Source of the DNA: Candidatus Methylomirabilia bacterium
Lineage (GTDB): Bacteria > Methylomirabilota > Methylomirabilia > Rokubacteriales > CSP1-6
DNA: 64,000 nucleotides
Assembly (NCBI GenBank): GCA_041496385.1
Contig: JBGQEL010000009.1
Coordinates: 1-64,000, forward strand
Reading direction: 5' to 3'
Shown: positions 31,873-43,397 of the stretch, in pieces
How positions within the stretch are numbered: position 1 is the first letter of the stretch
Layout of the letters: each line of letters begins with the position of its first letter
Position numbers and translations under genes: made by a program
Notes under the pieces: generated by a model
The model's database searches: none
Told to the model about the DNA's origin: nothing
Seen by the model: the letters and a program-made list of their open reading frames with translations, nothing else

Positions 31873-32009
31873 CTCGCGAAGCCCTTGCGACCCCGTCCGC
31901 GCGCGTGCTAGAGTCCGCCATCCAATGAGCGATTGATCGGCCCGAGAGGAGTTTTGTCCCGATGTGCGCGCGCCCAAGCGCGGATGCCCTGATCGAACAA
32001 GGCCCTGAG

Positions 32010-32029
32010 CTATCCACACCTGTGGATAA
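32010..32029. promoter_or_regulatory. Inverted pair of DnaA boxes upstream of dnaA
   Basis: CTATCCACA (1 mismatch) and TGTGGATAA (perfect). Confidence 0.9.
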
Positions 32030-32056
32030 CTCTGTGCGTAAGTGAGGTCATCGCCT

Positions 32057-33373
32057 GTGTTAGATAGCCTTTGGGCGCGCCTTCTCGAGTCTCTCTCACG
32101 CAAGCTCCCCGCAACCGTCCTGGACACGTGGGTCCGGCCGTGCAGGCTCCTGGCTGTCGAGGGGGATCACCTCAGAATCGGCTCGCCGAATACGTTCTCC
32201 CGCAACTGGCTCGTCCAGCATCATCTTGAGGCGCTCCAGATCGCCGCTCAGGAGTGCCTCGGCGGAAGCCCACGCGTGTCGGTCGCCGTGGACGAGGCCG
32301 CGGCCGAGGGCGGGCCCGTGCCGCCGGCCGGACGACCCCCCGGCAGCGGGACCCTCGAAGGCCTCAACCCTCGGTACACGTTCGACACGTTCGTCGTCGG
32401 CTCGTCGAATCAGTTCGCGCAGGCCGCCTGCCAGGCGGTCGCCGAGCTCCCGTCGCGCGCCTACAACCCGCTCTTCATCTACGGCGGCGTCGGGCTCGGC
32501 AAGACGCATCTGCTCCACGCCGTCGGTCACCAGAGCGCGAAGATCTTTCCCGGGATGTCGGTCGTCTACCTCTCGTCCGAGCGCTTCACCAACGAGCTCA
32601 TCAACGCGATCCGCTATGACCGTACCGCCGAATTCCGCGCGCGGTACCGGACGATCGACCTGCTGCTCATCGACGACATCCAGTTCATCTCCGGCAAAGA
32701 GCGGACGCAAGAGGAGTTCTTCCACACCTTCAACGACCTCTACGAGTCGCGGAAGCAGATCATCGTCTCGAGCGATTCGCCGCCGAAGGACATCCCCGAG
32801 ATCGAGGAGCGCCTGCGCTCCCGGTTCGAGTGGGGCCTCATCGCCGACATCCAGCCGCCGGATTTCGAGACCCGCGTCGCGATCCTCAAGAAAAAGGCGG
32901 CGCTCGAGCGCATCCTCCTCGCGGACGACGTGGCCTACCTGATCGCGAGCCGGATCAAGTCCAACATTCGCGAGCTCGAGGGTTCGCTCACGCGGATGAT
33001 CGCCTTCTGCGCCCTCACGGGGCGCGAGATGTCCGTCGACCTCGCCCAGGAGGTGCTGGGAGAGCTCTGGGGCGAGGAAGAGAAGGTCATCACGATCGAT
33101 CAGATCCAGCGCAAGGTCTGCGACTTCTTCGGCATCAAGCTCTCCGACCTCAAGGCGCAGAACCGGACGAAGGCCGTCGCCTTCCCCCGACAGATCGCGA
33201 TGTACATCGCGCGCCAGCTGACCCACGCCTCGCTGTCCGAGGTGGGGCGGGCGTTCGGGGGAAAAGACCACACGACCGTCCTGCACGCGGTGGACAAGGT
33301 GCAGACGCTGCTGCAGGAAGATCCCAAACTACGCAAGACCATCGATGGCCTTATCCAGGGCATCACCCTGTGA
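32057..33373 (+). CDS. dnaA: Chromosomal replication initiator DnaA
   Basis: YNPLFIYGGVGLGKTHL, LIDDIQF, RELEG, KDHTTVLHA; GAGG RBS before GTG 32057. Confidence 0.99.
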   Translation: MLDSLWARLLESLSRKLPATVLDTWVRPCRLLAVEGDHLRIGSPNTFSRNWLVQHHLEALQIAAQECLGGSPRVSVAVDEAAAEGGPVPPAGRPPGSGTLEGLNPRYTFDTFVVGSSNQFAQAACQAVAELPSRAYNPLFIYGGVGLGKTHLLHAVGHQSAKIFPGMSVVYLSSERFTNELINAIRYDRTAEFRARYRTIDLLLIDDIQFISGKERTQEEFFHTFNDLYESRKQIIVSSDSPPKDIPEIEERLRSRFEWGLIADIQPPDFETRVAILKKKAALERILLADDVAYLIASRIKSNIRELEGSLTRMIAFCALTGREMSVDLAQEVLGELWGEEEKVITIDQIQRKVCDFFGIKLSDLKAQNRTKAVAFPRQIAMYIARQLTHASLSEVGRAFGGKDHTTVLHAVDKVQTLLQEDPKLRKTIDGLIQGITL

Positions 33374-33520
33374 TCCACAGGTCTCCCCGGGGTCTCCCCA
33401 GCGATATCCCCGACGGCCCGCCCGATCCCGGCGTGCCCTCACGGGCACTTGCGGCGCATCCTCCCGACCCACACCGCCGACGTACTATTACGACTACGCA
33501 GCTATCTCTCTTTCCCTCCA
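33371..33520. other. oriC: oriC unwinding region (degenerate DnaA boxes + DnaA-trios)
   Basis: TGATCCACA at 33371; TACTATTACGACTAC at 33483-33497; gene orientation switches at rpmH/dnaA. Confidence 0.8.
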
Positions 33521-33536
33521 AACAACGGAGAACTGC

Positions 33537-34631
33537 ATGGAAGTAGTGCTTGACCGTGACGCGTTCCTCAGGGGCCTGCAGATGGTGCAGAACATCGTGG
33601 AGCCGCGTCAGACGCTCCCGATCCTGGCCAATGTCCTCCTGGAAGCGGACGGCGAGACGGTGCGTCTCACCGCGACGGACCTCGAGGTCGGCGCCAGGGT
33701 GTCGGTGCCGGCGAGGGTGGCGTCAAAGGGCGCCATCACCGTGTCCGCCAGAAAGCTCGCCGAGATCGTGAAGGAGCTTCCCGCGGCGGCGGTCGCGCTC
33801 AAGGTGACCGACAACGCGAGCGTGAGTCTCAGGTGCGCCGGCGCCACCTACAAGCTCGTCGGTCTTGGCCCGGACGACTTTCCTCCGGTCGTGCCGGCCG
33901 CTCCGGAATCGTGGGTGAGCCTCGACGCCAAGACGCTTCGCGAGATGCTCGCACAGACGAGCTTTGCCGTTTCCCACGACGAGACGCGGTACGCGCTCAA
34001 TGGCGTGCTCTTCGCGCTCCAGGGGAAGGATCTCCAGATGGTCGCCACCGACGGCCACCGGTTGGCCCTCGCGAAGCGAAGCCTGGGTCGTGGCGTCGGG
34101 GGGGCGACGGGTATCGTTCCACGCAAGGCGGTGACCGAGATCATGCGAGCGCTGGGCTCCGGGGAGGACGTTCAGATCGCGATCACCGAGAACCAGTTCG
34201 TCCTGCAGATGCCGAACTTCGTCATGACCGCGCGGCTGATCGAGGGCCAGTTCCCGAACTACGATGCGGTCATTCCGAAATCTCACCCCAAGCGGCTCGT
34301 CATCCCGCGTGCCGCCCTCACCGCGGCCTTGCGCCGTGTTGCGGTGATGGCGGAGGAACGCAACAAGCCCGTGAAATTCACGCTCGGCCCGGCCACGCTC
34401 CGGCTCTCGGCGTCGAGCCAGGAGCTCGGAGAGGCGGAGGAGACGCTCGACGTCGAGTACTCGGGTGAGGAGATCGTCATCGGGTTCAACTCGCGCTATC
34501 TGCTCGACGCGATTTCGGCCGTCGACAAGGACCAAGTCGTGCTCGATCTGAAGGACGCGCAGAGCCCCGGCGTGATTAAAAGCATCGAGGACGAGGGTTA
34601 CCTCTGTGTTATAATGCCCATGCGTATATAG
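33537..34631 (+). CDS. dnaN: DNA polymerase III beta clamp
   Basis: TLPILANVLL, ATDLE, ATDGHRL, IMPMRI. Confidence 0.98.
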   Translation: MEVVLDRDAFLRGLQMVQNIVEPRQTLPILANVLLEADGETVRLTATDLEVGARVSVPARVASKGAITVSARKLAEIVKELPAAAVALKVTDNASVSLRCAGATYKLVGLGPDDFPPVVPAAPESWVSLDAKTLREMLAQTSFAVSHDETRYALNGVLFALQGKDLQMVATDGHRLALAKRSLGRGVGGATGIVPRKAVTEIMRALGSGEDVQIAITENQFVLQMPNFVMTARLIEGQFPNYDAVIPKSHPKRLVIPRAALTAALRRVAVMAEERNKPVKFTLGPATLRLSASSQELGEAEETLDVEYSGEEIVIGFNSRYLLDAISAVDKDQVVLDLKDAQSPGVIKSIEDEGYLCVIMPMRI

Positions 34632-34668
34632 ATAGTGTTTTATCGTTACAAAACAGGAGTTTAGAAGG

Positions 34669-38111
<3,443 letters not shown>

Positions 38112-38198
38112 CGGAGCGCGAGGCCGGCTTGAACCGCGGGTGGCCTGAGAAGGGCGCGCGGGGCTCTACACACCCGATCATCACGCGTTAGGAGAGTC

Positions 38199-40637
38199 AT
38201 GCCGAACGAGCGTCAGGTGCCGGTTCCGATCGAAGAGGAGATGCGCAAGTCGTATCTCGACTACGCGATGTCCGTCATCGTCGGCCGCGCGCTGCCGGAC
38301 ATCCGCGACGGCCTCAAGCCCGTCCACCGGCGGGTCCTCTACACGATGCAGAGCCTCGGGCTCGCGTGGAACCGGGCGTACAAGAAGTCGGCCAAGGTCG
38401 TCGGCGAAGTCCTCGGCAAGTACCACCCCCACGGCGACTCGCCCGTCTACGAGGCGCTCGTCCGGATGGTGCAGGAGTTCTCGCTCCGCTATCCGCTCGT
38501 CGACGGGCAGGGCAACTACGGGTCCATCGACGGTGATCCGCCCGCCGCCTACCGCTACACGGAGGCGCGCCTGGCGAAGATCGCGCACGAGATGCTCGCG
38601 GACATCGACAAGGACACGGTGAACTTCGTCCCGAACTTCGACGAGTCGGAGCAGGAGCCGACGGTCCTGCCCACCAAGATCCCCAACCTCATCGTCAACG
38701 GCTCCTCCGGTATCGCCGTTGGCATGGCGACGAATATCCCGCCGCACAACCTGTCCGAGGTCATCGACGGGCTCGTCATGCTGGTCGACAACCCAGACAC
38801 GACGATCCAGGAGCTGATGAAGGTCATCAAGGGGCCCGACTTCCCCACGCGCGGCTACATCTACGGCACCGCGGGCATCGCCGACGCCTTTACGACGGGA
38901 CGGGGCACGATCACGCTGCGCGCCAAGGCGCACGCGGAGAAGATGCGGGGCGGGCGCGAGGCGATCATCATCACGGAACTGCCCTACCAGGTCAACAAGG
39001 CGAGCCTGATCGAGAAGATCTCCGAGCTCAGCCGCGAGAAGAAGCTCGAGGGAATCTCCGAGATCCGCGACGAATCCAATCGCGAGGGGATCCGGGTCGT
39101 GCTCGAGCTGGGTCGCGGGGAGATCCCGCAGATCATCATGAACCAGCTCTACAAGCACACCCAGATGCAGACGACCTTCGGGATCATCATGCTCGCGCTG
39201 GTCGACCGCCGGCCGCAGGTCGTCACCCTCAAGGAGATGCTCGACGCCTTCGTGCGCTTCCGGCGCGAGATCGTCACGCGGCGGACGCGCTACGACCTGG
39301 CGCGCGCCGAGGAGCGGGCCCACATCCTGGCCGGCCTCCGGAAGGCGGTCGAGCAGCTCGACGTCGTCGTCCGGATCATCCGGCAGGCGGAGACCGCCGA
39401 CGCCGCCCGCGGCGCCCTCATGAACCGGCTCGACCTCTCCGAGGTCCAGGCGAAGGCGATCCTCGACATGCAGCTCCGCCGGCTGGCGGCGCTGGAGCGG
39501 CAGAAGATCGTCGAGGAGCACGACGCGACGCTGAAGATGATCGAGGAGCTGAAGGGCATCCTCGCGTCCGACGCCAAGCTCATGGCGATCATCCGGACGG
39601 AGCTCTTCGCCGTCAAGGAGGAGTACGGGGACGCGCGCCGCACGGAGATCCTCACCGAGACGACGGAGCTCACGATCGAAGACCTCCTCGCGGACGAGGA
39701 GATGGTCGTGACGATCACGCGCTCGGGCTACATCAAGCGGACGCACGTCGAGTCGTACCGGAGCCAGCGCCGCGGCGGCAAGGGCGTGACGGGTATGGAG
39801 ACGAAGGAGGAGGACATCGTCGAGGACCTCTTCATCGCCTCCACGCACTCGTATCTCCTGTTCTTCACGACCCTCGGCAAGGTCCACTGGCTCAAGGTGC
39901 ACGAAATCCCCGAGGGTGGGCGCCAGGCGAAGGGCAAGGCGATGGTCAACCTCCTGTCCCTGGGGGAGGGCGAGGGCGTGGCCACGTGCGTGCCCGTGCG
40001 CGACTTCGCCGCGGGCTACATCCTCTTCGCCACCAAGCAGGGCAAGGTGAAGAAGACCGAGCTCGAGTCGTTCTCGCACCCGCGCGCGGGCGGCATCCAG
40101 GCGATCGGCCTGGACAACGGCGACAGCGTCATCACCGCGCGGCGCACCGACGGACAGCGCGAGGTGATGATCGCCACCAAGCTCGGCATGATCATCCGCT
40201 TCTCCGAGGAAGAGGTGCGCCCGATGGGACGCGGCGCGGCCGGGGTGCGGGGCATCGAGGTCGAGGACGGCGACGACGTCATCTCGGCCGACGTCGTCCA
40301 GGAAGGCGTCACGATCCTCACCGTGACGGAGCGCGGCTTCGGCAAGCGGACGCCGCTCGACGAGTACCGGCTGCAGGGGCGCGCCGGGAAGGGGATCATC
40401 GACATCAAGACCGGCGGTCGCAACGGCAACGTCGTCGCGATGCTCCAGGTGCGCGACGGCGACGACATCCTCGTGGTGACGACCAAGGGCAAGATGATCC
40501 GCTTTCACGCCGCCGACGTGTCGGCCCAGGGGCGCAACACCTGGGGCGTCCGCATCATCGATCTGGAGACCGACGACCGCGTCGGCTCCGTGGCCCGCGT
40601 CGACGCCGAAAGCGCCGCGCCCGTCGAAGCACAGTAG
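38199..40637 (+). CDS. gyrA: DNA gyrase subunit A
   Basis: YHPHGD, AAYRYTE, GyrA-box QRRGGKG. Confidence 0.99.
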   Translation: MPNERQVPVPIEEEMRKSYLDYAMSVIVGRALPDIRDGLKPVHRRVLYTMQSLGLAWNRAYKKSAKVVGEVLGKYHPHGDSPVYEALVRMVQEFSLRYPLVDGQGNYGSIDGDPPAAYRYTEARLAKIAHEMLADIDKDTVNFVPNFDESEQEPTVLPTKIPNLIVNGSSGIAVGMATNIPPHNLSEVIDGLVMLVDNPDTTIQELMKVIKGPDFPTRGYIYGTAGIADAFTTGRGTITLRAKAHAEKMRGGREAIIITELPYQVNKASLIEKISELSREKKLEGISEIRDESNREGIRVVLELGRGEIPQIIMNQLYKHTQMQTTFGIIMLALVDRRPQVVTLKEMLDAFVRFRREIVTRRTRYDLARAEERAHILAGLRKAVEQLDVVVRIIRQAETADAARGALMNRLDLSEVQAKAILDMQLRRLAALERQKIVEEHDATLKMIEELKGILASDAKLMAIIRTELFAVKEEYGDARRTEILTETTELTIEDLLADEEMVVTITRSGYIKRTHVESYRSQRRGGKGVTGMETKEEDIVEDLFIASTHSYLLFFTTLGKVHWLKVHEIPEGGRQAKGKAMVNLLSLGEGEGVATCVPVRDFAAGYILFATKQGKVKKTELESFSHPRAGGIQAIGLDNGDSVITARRTDGQREVMIATKLGMIIRFSEEEVRPMGRGAAGVRGIEVEDGDDVISADVVQEGVTILTVTERGFGKRTPLDEYRLQGRAGKGIIDIKTGGRNGNVVAMLQVRDGDDILVVTTKGKMIRFHAADVSAQGRNTWGVRIIDLETDDRVGSVARVDAESAAPVEAQ

Positions 40638-40646
40638 ACCGGCGAC

Positions 40647-41945
40647 GTGCTGGACCTCCGGCTGATCCGAGAGCAGCCCGACGCGGTCGAGCGTGCGCTC
40701 GGCGACAAGGGCGGCGCCGAGCTGATCCGGGCGATCGTCGCGCGCGACGGTGAGCGCCGGCTGCTCGTCCGCGAAGCCGAGGATCTGAAGGCGCTCCGCA
40801 ACCGCGCCTCGGAAGCGATCGGCCAGGCCAGGAAGCGCGGCGAGGACGCCTCGGCCGAGCAGGCGCGAATGCGCGAGGTCGGCGAGCGGATCAAGGCCCG
40901 CGACGTCGAGCTGAAGACCCTCGACGACGCTCTGCAGACCCTCCTGGCGGAGGTCCCCAACGTCCCGCACCCCTCCGTGCCGCCCGGCAAGAGCGACGCG
41001 GACAACGTCGAGGTCCGGCGCTGGGGCGCGCCGCGCGCGTTTCCGTTCGCGCCCAAGCCGCACGAGGAGCTCGGCGAGGCGCTCGGCCTTCTCGACGTCG
41101 AGCGCGCGGTCAAGATCGCGAAGTCGCGCTTCGCGGTGCTGTGGGGCCCGCTCGCCCGCCTCGACCGCGCGCTCGGGCAGTTCATGCTCGACCTCCACAC
41201 GCGGGAGCACGGCTACACCGAGCTCTGGCTGCCCCATCTGGTGAGCCCCGACACGATGCTCCGCACGGGCCAGCTGCCGAAGTTCGAAGAGGGGCTCTTC
41301 AAAACGGTCGAGGCGGACGACAGCCGGACGCTCTACCTGATCCCGACCGCGGAGGTGCCGCTGAGCGCCCTGCACGGTGGCGAGGTGCTGGCGGAGGCGA
41401 CGCTGCCGCGGCGCTACACCGCGTTCAGCCCGTGCTACCGCCGCGAGGCGGGCACGTACGGCAAGGACATGAAGGGGATCTACCGCCAGCACCAGTTCGA
41501 CAAGGTGGAGCTCGTGAAGATCACGACGCCCGCGCAGTCCTACGACGAGCTGGAGTCGATGGTGGTCGACGCCGAGGCGGTGCTGCAGCGCCTCGAGCTG
41601 CCATACCGCGTCGTCGAGCGGTGCGCGGGCGACGTCGGCTTCAGCGCGGCGAAGGGCTACGACATCGAGGTGTGGCGTCCGGCGCTCGGGAAATACACGG
41701 AGATCTCCTCGTGCTCCAACTACGCGGACTTCGGCGGCCGCCGCGTGGACATCCGGTACAAGCCGTCGGACGGAGGCAAGGCCGACTACTGCCACACGCT
41801 CAACGGCTCGGGGCTCGCGGTCGGCCGGACGCTCATCGCCGTGCTCGAGAACTATCAGGAAGCGGATGGAACCGTCACGATCCCGCCGGCGCTCAGGCCC
41901 TTCGCGGACGGGCTCGCCCGCCTCACCCGTGCGACGACGTCCTAG
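40647..41945 (+). CDS. serS: Serine--tRNA ligase
   Basis: YLIPTAEVP, RREAG, RQHQFDKVE, EISSCSN, HTLNGSGLAVGR. Confidence 0.98.
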   Translation: MLDLRLIREQPDAVERALGDKGGAELIRAIVARDGERRLLVREAEDLKALRNRASEAIGQARKRGEDASAEQARMREVGERIKARDVELKTLDDALQTLLAEVPNVPHPSVPPGKSDADNVEVRRWGAPRAFPFAPKPHEELGEALGLLDVERAVKIAKSRFAVLWGPLARLDRALGQFMLDLHTREHGYTELWLPHLVSPDTMLRTGQLPKFEEGLFKTVEADDSRTLYLIPTAEVPLSALHGGEVLAEATLPRRYTAFSPCYRREAGTYGKDMKGIYRQHQFDKVELVKITTPAQSYDELESMVVDAEAVLQRLELPYRVVERCAGDVGFSAAKGYDIEVWRPALGKYTEISSCSNYADFGGRRVDIRYKPSDGGKADYCHTLNGSGLAVGRTLIAVLENYQEADGTVTIPPALRPFADGLARLTRATTS

Positions 41946-42795
41946 CGCCCTCGGGGTCATCGTCGCCACCGCCTGGCTCGCCGCGGCGCCGGCGCTCGCC
42001 CAGGCGCCGCCGCAAGCCCCGCCGCCGGCGACCACCGTCACCCGCCACCCGGCCAACGACCCGGCCACGGTCAAGGCCGGCACGCTCTTCACCATCCACG
42101 GCCACCTCCTGAGCGTCGAGCCGGACTTCGAGACCCAGGAGACCGAGGCGCTCGGCGGCAAGGACAAGCGCGCCCAGCAGCTCGTCCAGATCCAGCGCCT
42201 CGACGCCGACGCGCTCGCCGAGCGGTACGTGCGGAGCCTCGAGGGCCTCATCGGTCTGTCGCTCATGGTCGACGTCATGCGTGGGATCTTCAGGGACCCG
42301 GCGATCTTCCAGCAGCGCATCGAGCTGACGCGCAGCCTCGTCCACAAGCCGGACGGCTCGACGCTCACGCTCCCGTCGCTCGTGGCGGCGACGTACCACC
42401 GCGGCGACCTGCGGCTGGCCGCGCGGACGCTCCAGGAGCGCAAGGCGTCCGGCAGCGTCGCCGGCGCCTACACCGCGGCCGTGCGGGGGACCGAGTGCCC
42501 GTTCGCCGCCGGCCCGATCCTTCTCGTCCAGCAGGGCTCGGTGCTCGAGGGCACGCGCGAGGGGCGGCTCCTGCTCTGGGGCGCCCTGGGCGGCAAGCAG
42601 GGCGCGTTCCTCGCCACGGAGCAGCGCTTCGTCAGCATCACGCGGACAGGCGGCCAGACCACGAATATCGAGGTCCCCGACCGCCCCGGGGAGCTCTACC
42701 TCGCCGCGCTCGCCGGCCCCGCGCTCGTCCTCAACGGCAGCCAGCGGAAGACCTGCACGATCACCCTCACGCCCGCGTCATCAGGGGTAAAGTAG
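41929..42795 (+). CDS. Hypothetical secreted protein
   Basis: Signal-like RRRPSALGVIVATAWLAAAPALA then Pro-rich linker; genome-typical codon usage. Confidence 0.7.
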   Translation: MRRRPSALGVIVATAWLAAAPALAQAPPQAPPPATTVTRHPANDPATVKAGTLFTIHGHLLSVEPDFETQETEALGGKDKRAQQLVQIQRLDADALAERYVRSLEGLIGLSLMVDVMRGIFRDPAIFQQRIELTRSLVHKPDGSTLTLPSLVAATYHRGDLRLAARTLQERKASGSVAGAYTAAVRGTECPFAAGPILLVQQGSVLEGTREGRLLLWGALGGKQGAFLATEQRFVSITRTGGQTTNIEVPDRPGELYLAALAGPALVLNGSQRKTCTITLTPASSGVK

Positions 42796-42811
42796 GGCCC
42801 GGCCTCCGCAC

Positions 42812-42900
42812 GGAGGGCTAGCCTCAATTGGTAAGGCAGCGGACTTGAAATCCGCCGGGGCGCAAGCCCCATGGGGGTTCGAATCCCTCGCCCTCCGCCA
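42812..42900 (+). tRNA. tRNA-Ser(TGA)
   Basis: GCGGA-CT-TGA-AA-TCCGC anticodon arm, long variable arm, GCCA end. Confidence 0.95.
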
Positions 42901-42934
42901 TTTCAATTCCAGCCGTCTGCTACACTGCAACCCG

Positions 42935-43243
42935 ATGTCCGACGAGCGCCCGAAGAGCGCCTACGAGCTCGCGATGGAGCGCCTCCGCCTCAAGGACAAG
43001 GAGGCCGACGTCGAGGACCGCCCGCTCACCAACCAGCAGAAGGCCGCGATCGCCGAGGTCCGCCAGTTCTACAAGGCGAAGGCTGTCGAGCGCGAGATCC
43101 TCCATCGGGACGCGCAGAGCAAAGCGCGTACTCACGAGGAGGTCGAGTCGCTGAACGAGAACCTGCGGCGCGACAGCGAGATGCTGGCGAACGACCGCGA
43201 CCGTAAGATCGCCGAGATCAGGAGACAGGGCTCGGCGAAGTAG
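42935..43243 (+). CDS. Helical hypothetical protein (KSAYELAMERL motif)
   Basis: MSDERPKSAYELAMERL...LTNQQKAAIAEVR; coiled-coil character. Confidence 0.75.
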   Translation: MSDERPKSAYELAMERLRLKDKEADVEDRPLTNQQKAAIAEVRQFYKAKAVEREILHRDAQSKARTHEEVESLNENLRRDSEMLANDRDRKIAEIRRQGSAK

Positions 43244-43306
43244 CGAGCGGCCTTCCCCGCAGCAGATCCGACCGCGAAGTTTCCGGAATACAAGACGAAA
43301 GCGGGC

Positions 43307-43335
43307 TTGACTAAAAATCGTGAACTCGCTGTACT
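43307..43335 (+). promoter_or_regulatory. Putative sigma70 promoter of large secreted protein
   Basis: TTGACT-N17-TGTACT. Confidence 0.45.
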
Positions 43336-43397
43336 GGTCCACTCCGGAGTTAGGGTGATGCTCCGGCGTTCGCATTTTCCGGACGCGGAGGTCGATC

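Noticed and set aside
40647..41945. Resistance-type or specialised SerRS (FGGRR instead of FQARR)
   Set aside because: All class II motifs intact and housekeeping synteny; cannot support a special function from sequence alone
38181..42443. 1420-aa minus-strand ORF and other long antisense/alternate-frame ORFs (e.g. 54881-58522, 28566-31142, 19055-21208)
   Set aside because: Shadow ORFs of well-conserved genes caused by stop-codon scarcity at high GC; Arg/Ala/Pro-rich with no motifs
42812..42900. tRNA with TGA in the anticodon loop as tRNA-Sec or opal suppressor
   Set aside because: Anticodon TGA reads TCA (Ser); tRNA-Sec has anticodon TCA and an 8-bp acceptor stem; this has a 7-bp stem and lies next to serS
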